From contig JACQVA010000158.1 of NCBI GenBank assembly GCA_016210005.1, positions 75,180 to 139,179 of the forward strand: DNA of 64,000 nt. The letters are read 5' to 3'. The DNA comes from Deltaproteobacteria bacterium (lineage in GTDB: Bacteria > Desulfobacterota > Binatia > HRBIN30 > JACQVA1). Below are positions 27,753 to 38,386 of this stretch, in pieces. Below the pieces are notes generated by a model, which made no database searches, had not been told where the DNA came from, and saw only the letters and a list, made by a program, of their open reading frames with translations. Position 1 is the stretch's first letter. Each line of letters starts with the position of its first letter. Made by a program: the position numbers and the translations under genes.

Positions 27753-29260
27753 TCATCGACGGCGCCACGGTCGAGCGCGACCTCAATGTGCGCACCCAGG
27801 TGTGCGTGATCGGCTCGGGCGCCGGCGGCGCGGTCATTGCCAAGGAGCTGGCCGAGGCCGGCATCGAGGTGTGTTTGCTCGAGGAGGGCGCCTACTACCG
27901 GGGCAAGGATTTCACCGGCCAGCCGCGCGCCATGCTCGATCTGCTCTACCGCAACCGCGGCCTCACCGGTACGGTCGGTGGCCTGACAATTCCGATCCCG
28001 CTCGGCAAGTGCGTCGGCGGCACCACCACCGTCAACTCGGGCACGTGCTACCGCGCGCCGGACTACGTCCTGCAAGCCTGGCAAAGCGACCACGGCGTGG
28101 CCGACGTCTCGGAGCCGCAGTTGCGCTCGTACTTCGAGCGGGTCGAGCGCGAGCTCAACGTCGAGCCCGTGACCGATTCGACCTTCGGCAACAACGGCCG
28201 GCTATTCGAGCGCGGTGTACACGCACTCGGGTTTGCCGGCGCCCGCATTCCGCGCAACGCCAAGGGATGTATCGGCACGGGGGTGTGCGCGCTCGGTTGC
28301 CCGCAGGATGCCAAACAAGCAACGCACGTGAGCTATGTGCCCAAGGCACTCGCCGCTGGGGCGACGCTCTACACCCGCTGCCGCGCCGAGCGCGTGCTCA
28401 CCTCCAACGGCGCCGCCTTCGGCTTGGTCGCCGGCTTTGTCGGCCCCGATGAGCGCGACAACGGCCGCCAGCTGCATGTTGTCGCTGACCGTGTGGTGGT
28501 CGCCTGTGGCGCGTTGCTGACGCCGGCGCTGCTGGAGCGCAGCGCCATCCCCGATGCCTCGGGCTGGCGCGGGCGCAACTTGCACATCCATCCCGCCACG
28601 CGCGTCGGCGCGCAGTTCGACGAAGAGGTGCGGGCGTGGGAGGAAGTGCCGCAAGCGTACAACGTCCACGAGTTCACCCGCGAAGGTATCTTCATTCAAG
28701 GCCAGTTCGTTCCCCCCAGCCTCGCGGCCGCGGTCCTGCCGGGGATCGGCACCGTGCACGCGGAGCGCATGAGCCGTTACCGCAACTTGGCGTCGTACGG
28801 TGCGCTGATCTCCGATGTCTCGGCCGGGCGGGTACGGGCTCGCGGCCGCGGCTGGCCGCTGGTGACTTACAGCATGGTTCCCGAGGATGTTCGCAAGCTC
28901 ACCCGCGCCATCAGCCTTACCGCCCAGATCTTCTTCGCCGCCGGCGCCCGCGAGGTCTTTTCCGGCATTCATTCGCAGCCGGTGCTGGGCAGCGCCGATG
29001 AGGCCCGCGCCCTGACGGACCGGCCGCGCAAGGCGGCCGATATCGAGCTGATGGCGTTTCATCCCCAGGGCACCTGCCGCATGGGTGAGGACCCGGCCAA
29101 GGCCGTGGTTGACTCGTACGGCCGCCTTCACGGCACCCGCAACCTGCTCGTCGCCGACGCCAGCTTGTTCCCGTCATCGTGCAAGGTGAACCCGCAGATC
29201 ACCATCATGGCGCTAGCCACGCGCATCGCTGCTCGCTTAGCGGACGAACTCAAGCACTAA
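27749..29260 (+). CDS. GMC-family FAD-dependent oxidoreductase
   Basis: MIIDGATVERDL...CVIGSGAGGAVIAKELAEAG (FAD Rossmann) and C-terminal HPQGTCRMG; the first 186 codons of ORF 27191..29260 are a spurious extension. Confidence 0.8.
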   Translation: MIIDGATVERDLNVRTQVCVIGSGAGGAVIAKELAEAGIEVCLLEEGAYYRGKDFTGQPRAMLDLLYRNRGLTGTVGGLTIPIPLGKCVGGTTTVNSGTCYRAPDYVLQAWQSDHGVADVSEPQLRSYFERVERELNVEPVTDSTFGNNGRLFERGVHALGFAGARIPRNAKGCIGTGVCALGCPQDAKQATHVSYVPKALAAGATLYTRCRAERVLTSNGAAFGLVAGFVGPDERDNGRQLHVVADRVVVACGALLTPALLERSAIPDASGWRGRNLHIHPATRVGAQFDEEVRAWEEVPQAYNVHEFTREGIFIQGQFVPPSLAAAVLPGIGTVHAERMSRYRNLASYGALISDVSAGRVRARGRGWPLVTYSMVPEDVRKLTRAISLTAQIFFAAGAREVFSGIHSQPVLGSADEARALTDRPRKAADIELMAFHPQGTCRMGEDPAKAVVDSYGRLHGTRNLLVADASLFPSSCKVNPQITIMALATRIAARLADELKH

Positions 29261-29337
29261 CAGCCTGCGTTCGGCGTTCCTCCCAGGTCGAGAGACCGGG
29301 CTTCCGCCGGTATGGCCCCTCATGGTAGGCAGGAGCC

Positions 29338-30954
29338 GTGGACGGGACCCTGAAGGGCCTGGTCGGCCTGATCCGTGGTACTGACGTAGAAGCGCGGTGC
29401 GCCGCGCTGCTGGTGCTGACGCATCTGCGCTCCGGCGAGGCGCGCGTGGTGGAGACGATCGGCGACACGCTCAGCGCCAAGAACGTTGTCGTACGCGACT
29501 TTGCGATTGGGTATTTCGAACAGGTGCAGCCGCCCGACGGCGTCGGCCATCTCGTCCCGTTGCTCGACAGCGAGGAAGAGGCGTTGCGCCAGCGTGTCGC
29601 CGGCATTCTCGCCGCTTACGGCCAGCCGGCGGTAACGGCCCTACGAAAACTGGTCAAGGACGCGCCGCGGCGGCGGCTCAACGCGATCATCGACGTCTGC
29701 GCGCGGGTCCGCACCGGCGCCGCGCTCGACTTGCTGTTCGAGCTGATTGCCAGCGAGGATTTCGACGCCAGCCGCGCTGCCTGTGACGCCTTGATCGCGG
29801 TCGTACCGGCGCTCGATCCCCGCGCCCGCGCCGATCTGTTCGCACGCGCTGACCGGGTGGCGGCCAGCGCTAACGGCGCGCGCACTGCGCTCGTCGGTGC
29901 GGCCAAGCTGCTCGGCGCGCTGAGCGAAGCCAAGGCCCGCAAGCGCCTGCGGCCGCTGCTCGACAAGAAGTACGAGCACGCCGTGCGCACCCACGCCCTG
30001 GCGGCGCTGGCGGCGTGCCTGCGCGGGCAATCGCTCACCGCCGCGGAGATCGCCGCGCTGCTGCCGCTACTGGCCGAGGACGACGAAGCCGGCATCCTGC
30101 GCCCGGCCATTCACCTGCTCGAAGACCAGACTCTCGACCGTTCTTATCTCCCGCAGCTCAACCAGTTGGCCGACAGCCCGCAGCCGCTGGTGAAGCGGTT
30201 CGCGGTGCACAAGCTCGGCGCCTTCGAGTCGGGCGGCGTGGTAAAGACCTTGATCGGCTATCTCACCGACGCCAGCTACGCCCGTCGCGATGAAGCCGCG
30301 GCCTCGCTGAAGAAGCTGCCGGCCGCCCGCAGCGCCTTGATCAAGGAGTTCGTCGCCTGCGACGACGAGCGCAAAGCGTGGACGCTCGCCGGGGTCTTGC
30401 TTGCTCACGATCGCAACTGGAAGCGCGACGCGCTGCAGGAGCTCTGGCACAAGCTACAGAGCGCGCTGGAAGAGCGCGAAGACCGGCTCTACAGCGCTTA
30501 CTTCCAGTTCCTCAACACGCTCGATGACGCCTGGCTGGCCGAGCAGATTCGCTCCCGCGCCGAGCGCGCCCGCGGCAAGAAGGATTTCGCCGTCGCCGCC
30601 AGATGGCTCATGCTGCTTAAGGATACCCCGGCCTTTGACCCCGAGGCCAAATTCGCCCTGGCGCTGGCCGATCTCAAGGCGCGCCCGCGCGTGTTGGGCC
30701 CGGTCCGCCGTCACGATCTTGCTCTCGATCTGCTGCGCGAGCTGGCCGGCACCACCTTTCCCACCGCCGAGCGCCTGCGCAAGGATCGCGCGCTGAGCCC
30801 CGATGACTTGTTCTACGTCGCTTTCAACCTCGCCGAAGGCCGCGACGAGGAACCCGCCGTGGCCCGCGAGCTGTTGGAACATCTCGCCGACAAGCAGGGC
30901 CGCACCAAGGTCGGCAAGGCGGCCAAGAACAAGCTCAAGCTGCTGCGCGCGTGA
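29338..30954 (+). CDS. HEAT/PBS-lyase repeat protein
   Basis: GTG 29338 preceded by RBS AGGAG; 538 aa of Ala/Leu-rich alpha-helical repeats. Confidence 0.55.
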   Translation: MDGTLKGLVGLIRGTDVEARCAALLVLTHLRSGEARVVETIGDTLSAKNVVVRDFAIGYFEQVQPPDGVGHLVPLLDSEEEALRQRVAGILAAYGQPAVTALRKLVKDAPRRRLNAIIDVCARVRTGAALDLLFELIASEDFDASRAACDALIAVVPALDPRARADLFARADRVAASANGARTALVGAAKLLGALSEAKARKRLRPLLDKKYEHAVRTHALAALAACLRGQSLTAAEIAALLPLLAEDDEAGILRPAIHLLEDQTLDRSYLPQLNQLADSPQPLVKRFAVHKLGAFESGGVVKTLIGYLTDASYARRDEAAASLKKLPAARSALIKEFVACDDERKAWTLAGVLLAHDRNWKRDALQELWHKLQSALEEREDRLYSAYFQFLNTLDDAWLAEQIRSRAERARGKKDFAVAARWLMLLKDTPAFDPEAKFALALADLKARPRVLGPVRRHDLALDLLRELAGTTFPTAERLRKDRALSPDDLFYVAFNLAEGRDEEPAVARELLEHLADKQGRTKVGKAAKNKLKLLRA

Positions 30955-31215
30955 GCGGCGGCGGCAGTGGCGAGCAAATGACGAATCGCGCGATTAAGCC
31001 AACTCGCTGACACCACCGCAAACCCCGCCTCCACCTGCGAGCGCCGGCCCCGCCTCGGGTTCGCCCTGGCCTGGCGTTCGCATAGTCCGTAACCGTTTTG
31101 TTTGAATGTCGGGAACACCTGCAACGTCAATGCACCCGTCAGTAACGCGCTACGCGCACTGGACTGGGGACGGACGGCGTATTCGCCGCTCGGGCGCCAA
31201 AATGCGGAGGGCAAC

Positions 31216-31632
31216 ATGACGCAGACCGTGCTGATTGTGGACGAAGACGTCAACGCGCGCATCATCGCCGAAACCTTGCTGCGAACGCGCGGCGTACCGG
31301 TGCGGATCGCCGCCGACGGCATCGAGGCGTGTGACTTGGTTCGCCACCAGGGTGCCGCCGTCGTGGTCTTGGATTTGGCATTGTCGGGAATGAACGGCCT
31401 GGAGGTAATCCGCCGACTGTGCGGCCGCTTCGAGCCGTTGCCGGCGCCGACGCGGCCATACATCATCGTGCTCAGCGATCGGGACGAGCCGGAGGTCGAG
31501 CGCTTCGCGCTGCGCTTGGGCGCGGACGTCTTCTTGCGCAAGCCGCTCAACCCGCGCGAGTTCGTCACCACGGTGGAGCAAATCATCAGCGGCGACGCCA
31601 TGCCCCACGAGCCGATGGCGTACGCCGGCTAA
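31216..31632 (+). CDS. Response regulator receiver (CheY-like, stand-alone)
   Basis: MTQTVLIVDEDVNARIIAETLL...VVVLDLALSGMNGLEV...DVFLRKP receiver motifs; RBS GGAGG upstream. Confidence 0.8.
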   Translation: MTQTVLIVDEDVNARIIAETLLRTRGVPVRIAADGIEACDLVRHQGAAVVVLDLALSGMNGLEVIRRLCGRFEPLPAPTRPYIIVLSDRDEPEVERFALRLGADVFLRKPLNPREFVTTVEQIISGDAMPHEPMAYAG

Positions 31633-31743
31633 CTTTTCCCGCGGCGACGCCCGGCCGCGGGCATAGCGAATTGGCGCATGCCGGGGGCCGGCCTTTTCCC
31701 AGCAACAAGATTCAGCGCCCGACAGTGCCCGGGGCAAGCCCGG

Positions 31744-32796
31744 TTACGGATGCAAACCGGCGCCTTCGATGCCCATTTCCTCGGGTAGCCCGAGCATGCA
31801 GTTGAGGTTCTGAATCGCGGAGCTGGCGGCGCCCTTTCCCAAGTTGTCGAGCGCGCCGAACGCCACCACGCGGCCGCGGCGCTCGTCGACATCGACGCCG
31901 AGGTGCACGAAGTTCGAGCCCGCGACCGCGGCCACGCTCGGATAGGGCAGATATTGCCAGCTCACCTTGGGATCTTTTTCGAGCGTGTTGACGCGCACGA
32001 AGTATTCGCCCTGGTAGAAGTCCCGATACAGCGCCAGCACCTCCGCGCGCGCTACCGGGCGTGTCAGGAAGCCGTGGCAATTGGCGAGGATGCCGCGGGT
32101 GAAGGGGCAGTAGTAGGGAGTGAAATGGATGGCCACGGGGGCGCCGGCCACGCCGGCCAGCTCCTGCTCGATCTCGTAGGTATGGCGGTGTTCGACCACA
32201 TTATAGGGAAACACAGTGTTACTGATCTCGCTATGATGTGTTGGCACCGATGGCTCGGCGCCGGCACCGGAGCTGCCCGACAGCCCGTCCACCACGATCC
32301 GATCCAATTCGATCAGGCGGGCTTTCACCAGCGGCGCCAGGGTGAGGATGGTGGTGTAAGCGAAGCAGCCCGGGTTGGCCACCAAGCGCGCCTTTTGAAT
32401 CGCCTGGCGGTGCAGCTCGGTGGCGCCGTAAGGAGCTTCCTCGACCAAGTGCCAGGAGAGATGCTTGGCCTGGTATACGCGCTCGAACAAGGCCGCGTCC
32501 TTGAGCCGGAAGTCCGAGCCGACATCCACGACCTTCGCCCCTTGCTGCAGGTAGCGTTCGGCGCGATTCATCGACTCGCGCGACGGCATGCACAGGAACA
32601 CCGCGTCACAGGCGGTGGCGTCCTCTTCCTTTACGAAGCGCAACCCGGCGCCGAGCAAATTGCGGTGAACGGCTTCGACCTGCTTATCGGCACGCGAGGT
32701 CACCCAGGCGATGCGATAGCGCGGATGGGTGAGCAGCAACCGCAGCAGCTCGCCGCCCGAGTAACCTGATCCACCGACAATGCCAACCGAGATATC
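31744..32796 (-). CDS. argC: N-acetyl-gamma-glutamyl-phosphate reductase
   Basis: ISVGIVGGSGYSGGELLRLL...; probable GTG start at 32796. Confidence 0.8.
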   Translation of the reverse strand, partial: DISVGIVGGSGYSGGELLRLLLTHPRYRIAWVTSRADKQVEAVHRNLLGAGLRFVKEEDATACDAVFLCMPSRESMNRAERYLQQGAKVVDVGSDFRLKDAALFERVYQAKHLSWHLVEEAPYGATELHRQAIQKARLVANPGCFAYTTILTLAPLVKARLIELDRIVVDGLSGSSGAGAEPSVPTHHSEISNTVFPYNVVEHRHTYEIEQELAGVAGAPVAIHFTPYYCPFTRGILANCHGFLTRPVARAEVLALYRDFYQGEYFVRVNTLEKDPKVSWQYLPYPSVAAVAGSNFVHLGVDVDERRGRVVAFGALDNLGKGAASSAIQNLNCMLGLPEEMGIEGAGLHP

Positions 32797-32897
32797 CCTG
32801 GCCACGCGCGTTTCCTCCCGCGCCGCGCACTCTAGCCGGATCACGCCGGCAACGAAAGCCGCGGTGGGACGCTTGTCGAATCCGCGCGCTGGGGCAG

Positions 32898-33755
32898 TTA
32901 CTCCAGCAGCTCCGCTTGCAATTCGCTCTCGGCCACGAACGCCGTCACCCGCAACAGCGCGCGGCTCTGGAGCAGCACCTGCCCCCACAGCAAAGACACG
33001 GTGACCCCGAAGGCGGAGGTGGCCGGCACGAACATCACCACCGAGCGGTACAGCAGGTAGCCGGCCCCGCCCAGCGCCACCAGCACGAGCGCGAGCAAGA
33101 AGGCGCGGGCGTCGCCCCGGACCACGAACCACCCGGCCCAGCCCATGGCCTGCAGCGCCCCCCCGCCCTTGCGCGCGGCGTACAGCCGCGCGTGATCGTG
33201 AATCGTCACCAGCAGGAGCAAGAGTGGGCCGCCGACCACTGTGGCGGCGGCGATGAGGTAGTAGCGCGCCATTTCGTCGGGGCTTTCTGCCAACCAGCGC
33301 ACCCCCAGCCAGGTGGCCGACGCCAGGCCGCCCAACACCAGCAGCTCAGCAGCCGTCGCCAGCAGCCACAAACGGGCAAACACCGGATACAGCCCGAAGG
33401 CCCGTTTCCAGAACTCAGCCCAGGTGACCGCCGCCCGCGCATCCTGCGCCGTGCCGGCGACGCCGGCGTTGAGCGCAATGGTGACCGCGAGCTGAGTCAG
33501 CCCCAAGACCGCGCCCACCGCCAACAGCAGCGTCAACGACTCGCGGTGATAGTGCCACAGCTCGATCAGAAGGTTGAGGCTGAGATCCTGCAACAGCGTG
33601 CGCGTCGCCAGCGATGCCTCAAGCGCCTGATCGAGCCAGTGCCCGGCGGCGATGCTGAAGGCCAAGCCGAAGAGCGCACCGACCGCCCACAGCAAGAGCA
33701 CCACCGGCCACCGGCGCACGGCGCCGGCCAAGCCCACTACCAGCACCCGCCCCAT
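32898..33755 (-). CDS. Hypothetical polytopic membrane protein
   Basis: Hydrophobic 285-aa ORF directly downstream of the peptidase gene. Confidence 0.4.
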   Translation of the reverse strand: MGRVLVVGLAGAVRRWPVVLLLWAVGALFGLAFSIAAGHWLDQALEASLATRTLLQDLSLNLLIELWHYHRESLTLLLAVGAVLGLTQLAVTIALNAGVAGTAQDARAAVTWAEFWKRAFGLYPVFARLWLLATAAELLVLGGLASATWLGVRWLAESPDEMARYYLIAAATVVGGPLLLLLVTIHDHARLYAARKGGGALQAMGWAGWFVVRGDARAFLLALVLVALGGAGYLLYRSVVMFVPATSAFGVTVSLLWGQVLLQSRALLRVTAFVAESELQAELLE

Positions 33756-35740
33756 CACAGCCCCGTCAGCAAGTGCAGCAGGTTTTGAAACCAAAAGCCC
33801 CAGCGCCCGGCCAAGCGAATCACACCGCGAGTCCCGGTGGCGCGCATGCGCGAGTTGTTGATTAGGTTCACATCCAGTGGCAGCTTGCCGTAGCGGTCAA
33901 TGAACGCATATTCGACCCGTTGCGGCCCGAGGTACTCGAAGCGGCGCCAGCGGTCGTGTCCGTCCCAGCGCTCCGCGGTCTCCGTCCCGTCCTCGAAACC
34001 AACGGTGATATCGACGGGCATGCGGACGCTGCCGAGACGTTCCACCACTACTTCGTTGCGGTAGCGCCGTTCCTTCACCGCCGGTGGGTCTTGCGCTTCC
34101 GCTGCCGGCGGCACCCGTACGCCGGCGAAGTCGGCCAACTCGTCGGTATCGACCCGAGTGACCGCATAGTCGAGCACGCCGGTGCCGTAGAGCGTCTGCT
34201 CAAAGTACCAGTCGAGGTCTTCGCCGGCGGCTTCGTTGAGCGCGTCGGTGAAATCGCGCGCGGTCGGATGGCGAAAGCGCCAGCGCTCGAAATACAGCCG
34301 CAGCGCCGCCCGCATGCGCTCGGGGCCGAGGTAGCGCTCCAGCGTGGTCAGGACCAGCGCCGTCTTGGCGTAGCTTACGCCGGTGTAGCTGCGCCGATCG
34401 AGGAATTGCCACGCCGCACGTGCCAGCGGATCATGCTGCGGGGCGGCCAGGTAGCTCCAGCGGTTAACCGACACCCCATCGAGCGCCAGCCCGAGCCAGT
34501 CGGCGTAGCTGCCGGGATGACCGTAGTGCTCGTCCATCACCTTGGTCTCGAAGTAAGCGTTGATGCCTTCGTCCAACCAAGCCGACTCGAACTCGTTGTT
34601 CGCTACCATGCCGTACCAGTACTGGTGGCCGAACTCGTGGATGGCGATCACCTCCGGCAGTCGCAGCGTCGCCGGCATCCACCAGGTGGTTCCGACGGTG
34701 ATCAACGTCGGGTACTCCATGCCGCCGGCGGCGCCGCCGCCATGGCCGGGATCGACGATGGTCAACTGCGGGTAGGGGTAGGGACCGAGCCAGTCGCGCA
34801 AGCGCACCATCGCGGCTTTGACCGCCTCGAGGTGGCGGCCGGCCTGGGCCGCGTGCTGCGGTTGCAACAACAACCGCAACGCCACGTCATCGAACCGATC
34901 GGCGATTTCGACAAAGCGCGGATCGACCGCCCAGGCGAAATCGTGCACGTCCTCGGCATGTAGGCGCAGCGTCTTGCTGCCGTCGCCGTTGTCGCGCTCG
35001 TCTTCGATCACGCCGGTGGCGCCGACAACGCTGTCGCGCGGAACCGTCAGGCGGACATCGTAGACGCCGAAGTCGGAGAAGAACTCGGTGGTCGCGTGGT
35101 ACTGATGGCAGTTCCACGTCCCGTTTTCGTAAACGCCGAGCTTGGGAAACCACTGTGCGACGAAATGGAACGGCCCGGCGTAACCCGTACGGGCAAAGAC
35201 TTTGGGAAGCTTGGCAGTGAAGTCGATCTCGATGCGCGCCACCGCACCGGCGGCAACCGCCGACTCCAGCGGGACACGGATTACCGTGCGATCGTCGGTG
35301 TTGTCGTCGTCGGGATGGACGTACTCGATGGCAGCGGTGCGGTCGGCACCGTCGACCGCCAGCCGCGTGATCTCCTGGTAACCCCAGCCCTCGGGCTTGC
35401 GCCGCTGCCAGCGCCGCAGCTCGGCACCCGCCGCCCGCATGAAAGTGGAGCGATTGTTGGCGAAAGCATTGAGGTAGAGGTGGAAGTAGAGGTCAACCGC
35501 GTTTTCGGTGCTGGTGTTGTGCCAGGTCAGCACCTGGCGGGCGGTGACGGTATGTTGCGCCACGTCGAGGCGCGCGTCGATTTCGTAGTTGGCGATTCGC
35601 GGCGCCAGCGGCTCCGCTGCCGTCGCGGCGGCAGCAAGCCACAGCACCGCCGCCGCAATCTGTCTCGTCAGCCCCACCGAGTGGCGGTTATATACGACTA
35701 GGCGGCTGCCCCGCCACCCCCGCAAAGGGGTGCGCGACAA
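33755..35740 (-). CDS. M1-family zinc metallopeptidase (aminopeptidase N-like), secreted
   Basis: HEFGHQYWYG (HExxH) followed by NEFESAWLDEG; signal-peptide-like N-terminus. Confidence 0.8.
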   Translation of the reverse strand: MSRTPLRGWRGSRLVVYNRHSVGLTRQIAAAVLWLAAAATAAEPLAPRIANYEIDARLDVAQHTVTARQVLTWHNTSTENAVDLYFHLYLNAFANNRSTFMRAAGAELRRWQRRKPEGWGYQEITRLAVDGADRTAAIEYVHPDDDNTDDRTVIRVPLESAVAAGAVARIEIDFTAKLPKVFARTGYAGPFHFVAQWFPKLGVYENGTWNCHQYHATTEFFSDFGVYDVRLTVPRDSVVGATGVIEDERDNGDGSKTLRLHAEDVHDFAWAVDPRFVEIADRFDDVALRLLLQPQHAAQAGRHLEAVKAAMVRLRDWLGPYPYPQLTIVDPGHGGGAAGGMEYPTLITVGTTWWMPATLRLPEVIAIHEFGHQYWYGMVANNEFESAWLDEGINAYFETKVMDEHYGHPGSYADWLGLALDGVSVNRWSYLAAPQHDPLARAAWQFLDRRSYTGVSYAKTALVLTTLERYLGPERMRAALRLYFERWRFRHPTARDFTDALNEAAGEDLDWYFEQTLYGTGVLDYAVTRVDTDELADFAGVRVPPAAEAQDPPAVKERRYRNEVVVERLGSVRMPVDITVGFEDGTETAERWDGHDRWRRFEYLGPQRVEYAFIDRYGKLPLDVNLINNSRMRATGTRGVIRLAGRWGFWFQNLLHLLTGL

Positions 35741-35754
35741 ATCTGTGGGTAACG

Positions 35755-36010
35755 TGGTTCGGCGTTATGGCCGTCATTCCCGCGAAAGCGGGCCGTCATT
35801 CCCGCGAAAGCGGGAATCCAGTTTGGCGCTATGGACAAGCAGTTCTGCGTTTACATCCTGGCCAGCGCTGGCGGGTCGTAGCGAGCCGGTGCCGTGGATT
35901 CCCGCTTTCGCGGGAATGACAAATTGCGTCCCTTTCGGCCATGACAAATTGCGTCCCTTTCCGCCATGGGCCTCGGCCTGACAGTACACAGTACTGTCAG
36001 ACTGGTGAGG
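35755..36010. repeat. Cluster of short direct and inverted repeats plus a 23-bp perfect palindrome
   Basis: gtcattcccgcgaaagcggg x2 (35768, 35792) with inverse copy ggattcccgctttcgcgggaatgac (35897); atgacaaattgcgtccctttc x2; palindrome ctgacagtacacagtactgtcag at 35980-36002. Confidence 0.6.
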
Positions 36011-36119
36011 ATTTGCCCGGTCGGCTGCACGTTACCCACAGATTTGTCGCACACCCGGGCACTGGGGCGGGCCTCCGAGCGCTGGCCTCTGACCCCGGCC
36101 GCCTGCTATAGCGCGCGGC

Positions 36120-37346
36120 ATGCGCGCGCTGGTGGTCTATTACAGCCTGCCACGGCTGGCGGCGACGCGGCTGCTGGCCGCGCTGACGCCCCGGGCCTAC
36201 GTCGGGCCGCTGGCGCCGCTGGCGCTGACCGAGATTGCCGATCCGGTGTTGCCGGCGCCCGACTGGGTTACCATCCGCGCTCGCCTGTGCGGCTTGTGCG
36301 GCAGCGACTACAAGCAGGTGTTCCTGAAAGGCGCACTCGACAATCCCATGACCGCGCTGATCTCATTCCCGCAGGTGCTGGGCCACGAGGTCGTCGGCAC
36401 CATCGAGGCAGTGGGGCCGGCGGTGACGGCCCGCCGGGTGGGCGAGCGCGTGGTGCTCAATCCTTGGTTGTCGTGTGCGCCGCGCGGCGTCTCGCCGGTG
36501 TGTGGCTGGTGCGCGCAAGGTGAGTACGCCCAGTGTGAGAATTTCACTCGGGGCGTGATTGCTCCCGGTATTCACACCGGCAACAGCCGCCATGCCACCG
36601 GCGGCTTCGCGCCGCTGGTGCCGGCGCACGAATCGCAGTGCCTGCCGATTCCCGACGGCATTAGCGACGAGCAGGCGGTTCTGGCCGACCCCTTCTCGGT
36701 CTCACTGCACGCGGTCCTGCATCACCCGCCGGTGGCCGGCGGCACGGCCTTGATCTACGGCTGCGGCACCTTGGGGCTGTTGTCGATTGCGATTCTGCGG
36801 GCGCTTTATCCCAGCGTCCGGCTTTGCGCGGTGGCGCGCTACGACCACCAAGCGGAGCTCGCCCGCCGCTTCGGCGCCGAGCGCGTCATCATGTGGCGGC
36901 CGACCGCCGGCGTCATCCAGGCCGTCAGCCAGTTCACCGGCGCCGAGAGCCAGCCGCCGTGGCACGGGCTACCCATGCTCAACGGCGGCGTCGACGTCGT
37001 CTATGACTCGGTAGCCTCGGCTGAAGCCCTCGAAGTCGGCGTCCGCGTCACCCGCCCGCGCGGGCGTCTGGTGGTCACCGGCGTCGAGATTCCGCAACGT
37101 TTCGAGTGGACGCCGCTGTATTTCAAGGAGCTGGCCATCATCGGCTCGAACGCCTTCGCCCTCGAAGACTACGACGGCCGGCGCCAGCACGCGATGCAGT
37201 GGTACTTCGACTTCATTCAGAACAAGCAGTTAGATGTGACGCCGGTTCTGACACACCGCTACCGCCTCGAGGACTACCGCGAAGCCTTCATGACCTGCTG
37301 GGACCAAGGCCGAGCGCGCGCAGTGAAGGTGCTGTTCGAGTACTGA
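36120..37346 (+). CDS. Zinc-dependent alcohol dehydrogenase (MDR superfamily)
   Basis: CGLCGSD and GHEVVG zinc-ADH motifs; Rossmann GCGTLG. Confidence 0.75.
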   Translation: MRALVVYYSLPRLAATRLLAALTPRAYVGPLAPLALTEIADPVLPAPDWVTIRARLCGLCGSDYKQVFLKGALDNPMTALISFPQVLGHEVVGTIEAVGPAVTARRVGERVVLNPWLSCAPRGVSPVCGWCAQGEYAQCENFTRGVIAPGIHTGNSRHATGGFAPLVPAHESQCLPIPDGISDEQAVLADPFSVSLHAVLHHPPVAGGTALIYGCGTLGLLSIAILRALYPSVRLCAVARYDHQAELARRFGAERVIMWRPTAGVIQAVSQFTGAESQPPWHGLPMLNGGVDVVYDSVASAEALEVGVRVTRPRGRLVVTGVEIPQRFEWTPLYFKELAIIGSNAFALEDYDGRRQHAMQWYFDFIQNKQLDVTPVLTHRYRLEDYREAFMTCWDQGRARAVKVLFEY

Positions 37347-37406
37347 TCCGTCAGGTCTGCAAGCTCCGCCGGAGGCCGAAGCCGGCCGGCCGCTTGATCA
37401 TCGCGC

Positions 37407-38213
37407 TCAATGCTCGATCTTCGGTTCGACCCAATTGGGCTCGCGTTTCTCGGCGAAGGCACGGGGGCCTTCGAGCTGATCGGGATGATCCCACATGCCC
37501 ATCAGGTGGCGGCCGCCGGCTTTCATGGCCTCGGTCAAGCCGGCTTCGAGCGCGCCCCAGAGTGCGCGCTTTGAGGCGATCAGGGCGGTGGGCGAGTTCT
37601 TGGCGATCTTCTCCGCCAAGCTCTGCGCCTCGTCAAAAAGCCGCTCCGGTGGGTCGACGATCTGGCTGATCATCCCCAGCTCGTAGGCACGCTGGGCGCT
37701 CATGCGCTCGTACTTACCGGTCATGGCCATGCGCATGACGGCCTCGAACGGCATCCGCCGGGCGAGTCCGATGGCCTCGTACGCGACCACCTGGCCCACC
37801 GAGGTGTGCGGATCCATGAAGGTGGCGTTGCTGGCGGCGATGACGATATCGGCATCCGCGACGTAGTGCAGTCCCCCGCCGGCGCAGATGCCGTTGACCG
37901 CACAGATCACCGGCTTCTGCACGCCGCAGTGCCAGGAGGTCAGGCGCAAGTCGAAATTCTTCAACTTGTCGGTGGCGCGCTTCATTCCGCGCGGGTCGGC
38001 GGCGATCTCCTTGACGTCGACGCCGGTGTTGAACCCGCGCCCCGTGCCGCTGTTGACGATGACCCGCACGGCGGGGTCGCTGTCGAGTTCGATCCAGGCC
38101 TGAGCCGTCTCGTCCATTAACTTGGCGTTCATGGCGTTCAACGCTTGCGGGCGGTTGAAGATCAGCCAACCGACGCGCCCGCGCTTTTCAACGATGATGG
38201 TCTCGTATGCCAT
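37407..38213 (-). CDS. Enoyl-CoA hydratase/isomerase (crotonase) family protein
   Basis: MAYETIIVEKRGRVGWLIFNRPQALNAM...ICAVNGICAGGGLHYVADADIV. Confidence 0.8.
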   Translation of the reverse strand: MAYETIIVEKRGRVGWLIFNRPQALNAMNAKLMDETAQAWIELDSDPAVRVIVNSGTGRGFNTGVDVKEIAADPRGMKRATDKLKNFDLRLTSWHCGVQKPVICAVNGICAGGGLHYVADADIVIAASNATFMDPHTSVGQVVAYEAIGLARRMPFEAVMRMAMTGKYERMSAQRAYELGMISQIVDPPERLFDEAQSLAEKIAKNSPTALIASKRALWGALEAGLTEAMKAGGRHLMGMWDHPDQLEGPRAFAEKREPNWVEPKIEH

Positions 38214-38386
38214 TCGGTGCTCCTCTCCGCTGCCGGCGCTACGGTGTATCACCGGCACCGGTGTCCGCAAGGGGCGACGCGCAGCGGCGTTTGCCCATCA
38301 GCCCGGCTCTCGCCTATGATTCGGCGGTAGTTGGTTGAGGTAGCTCAGCGCTGTCGGTCAAGCCACCGATAGCAAGGGGGAGTGCG

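Noticed and set aside
35980-36002. Palindrome ctgacagtacacagtactgtcag as a LexA (SOS) box
   Set aside because: Contains ACAG...CTGT in the reverse arrangement to the CTGT-N8-ACAG LexA consensus; kept only as a generic palindrome/operator candidate.
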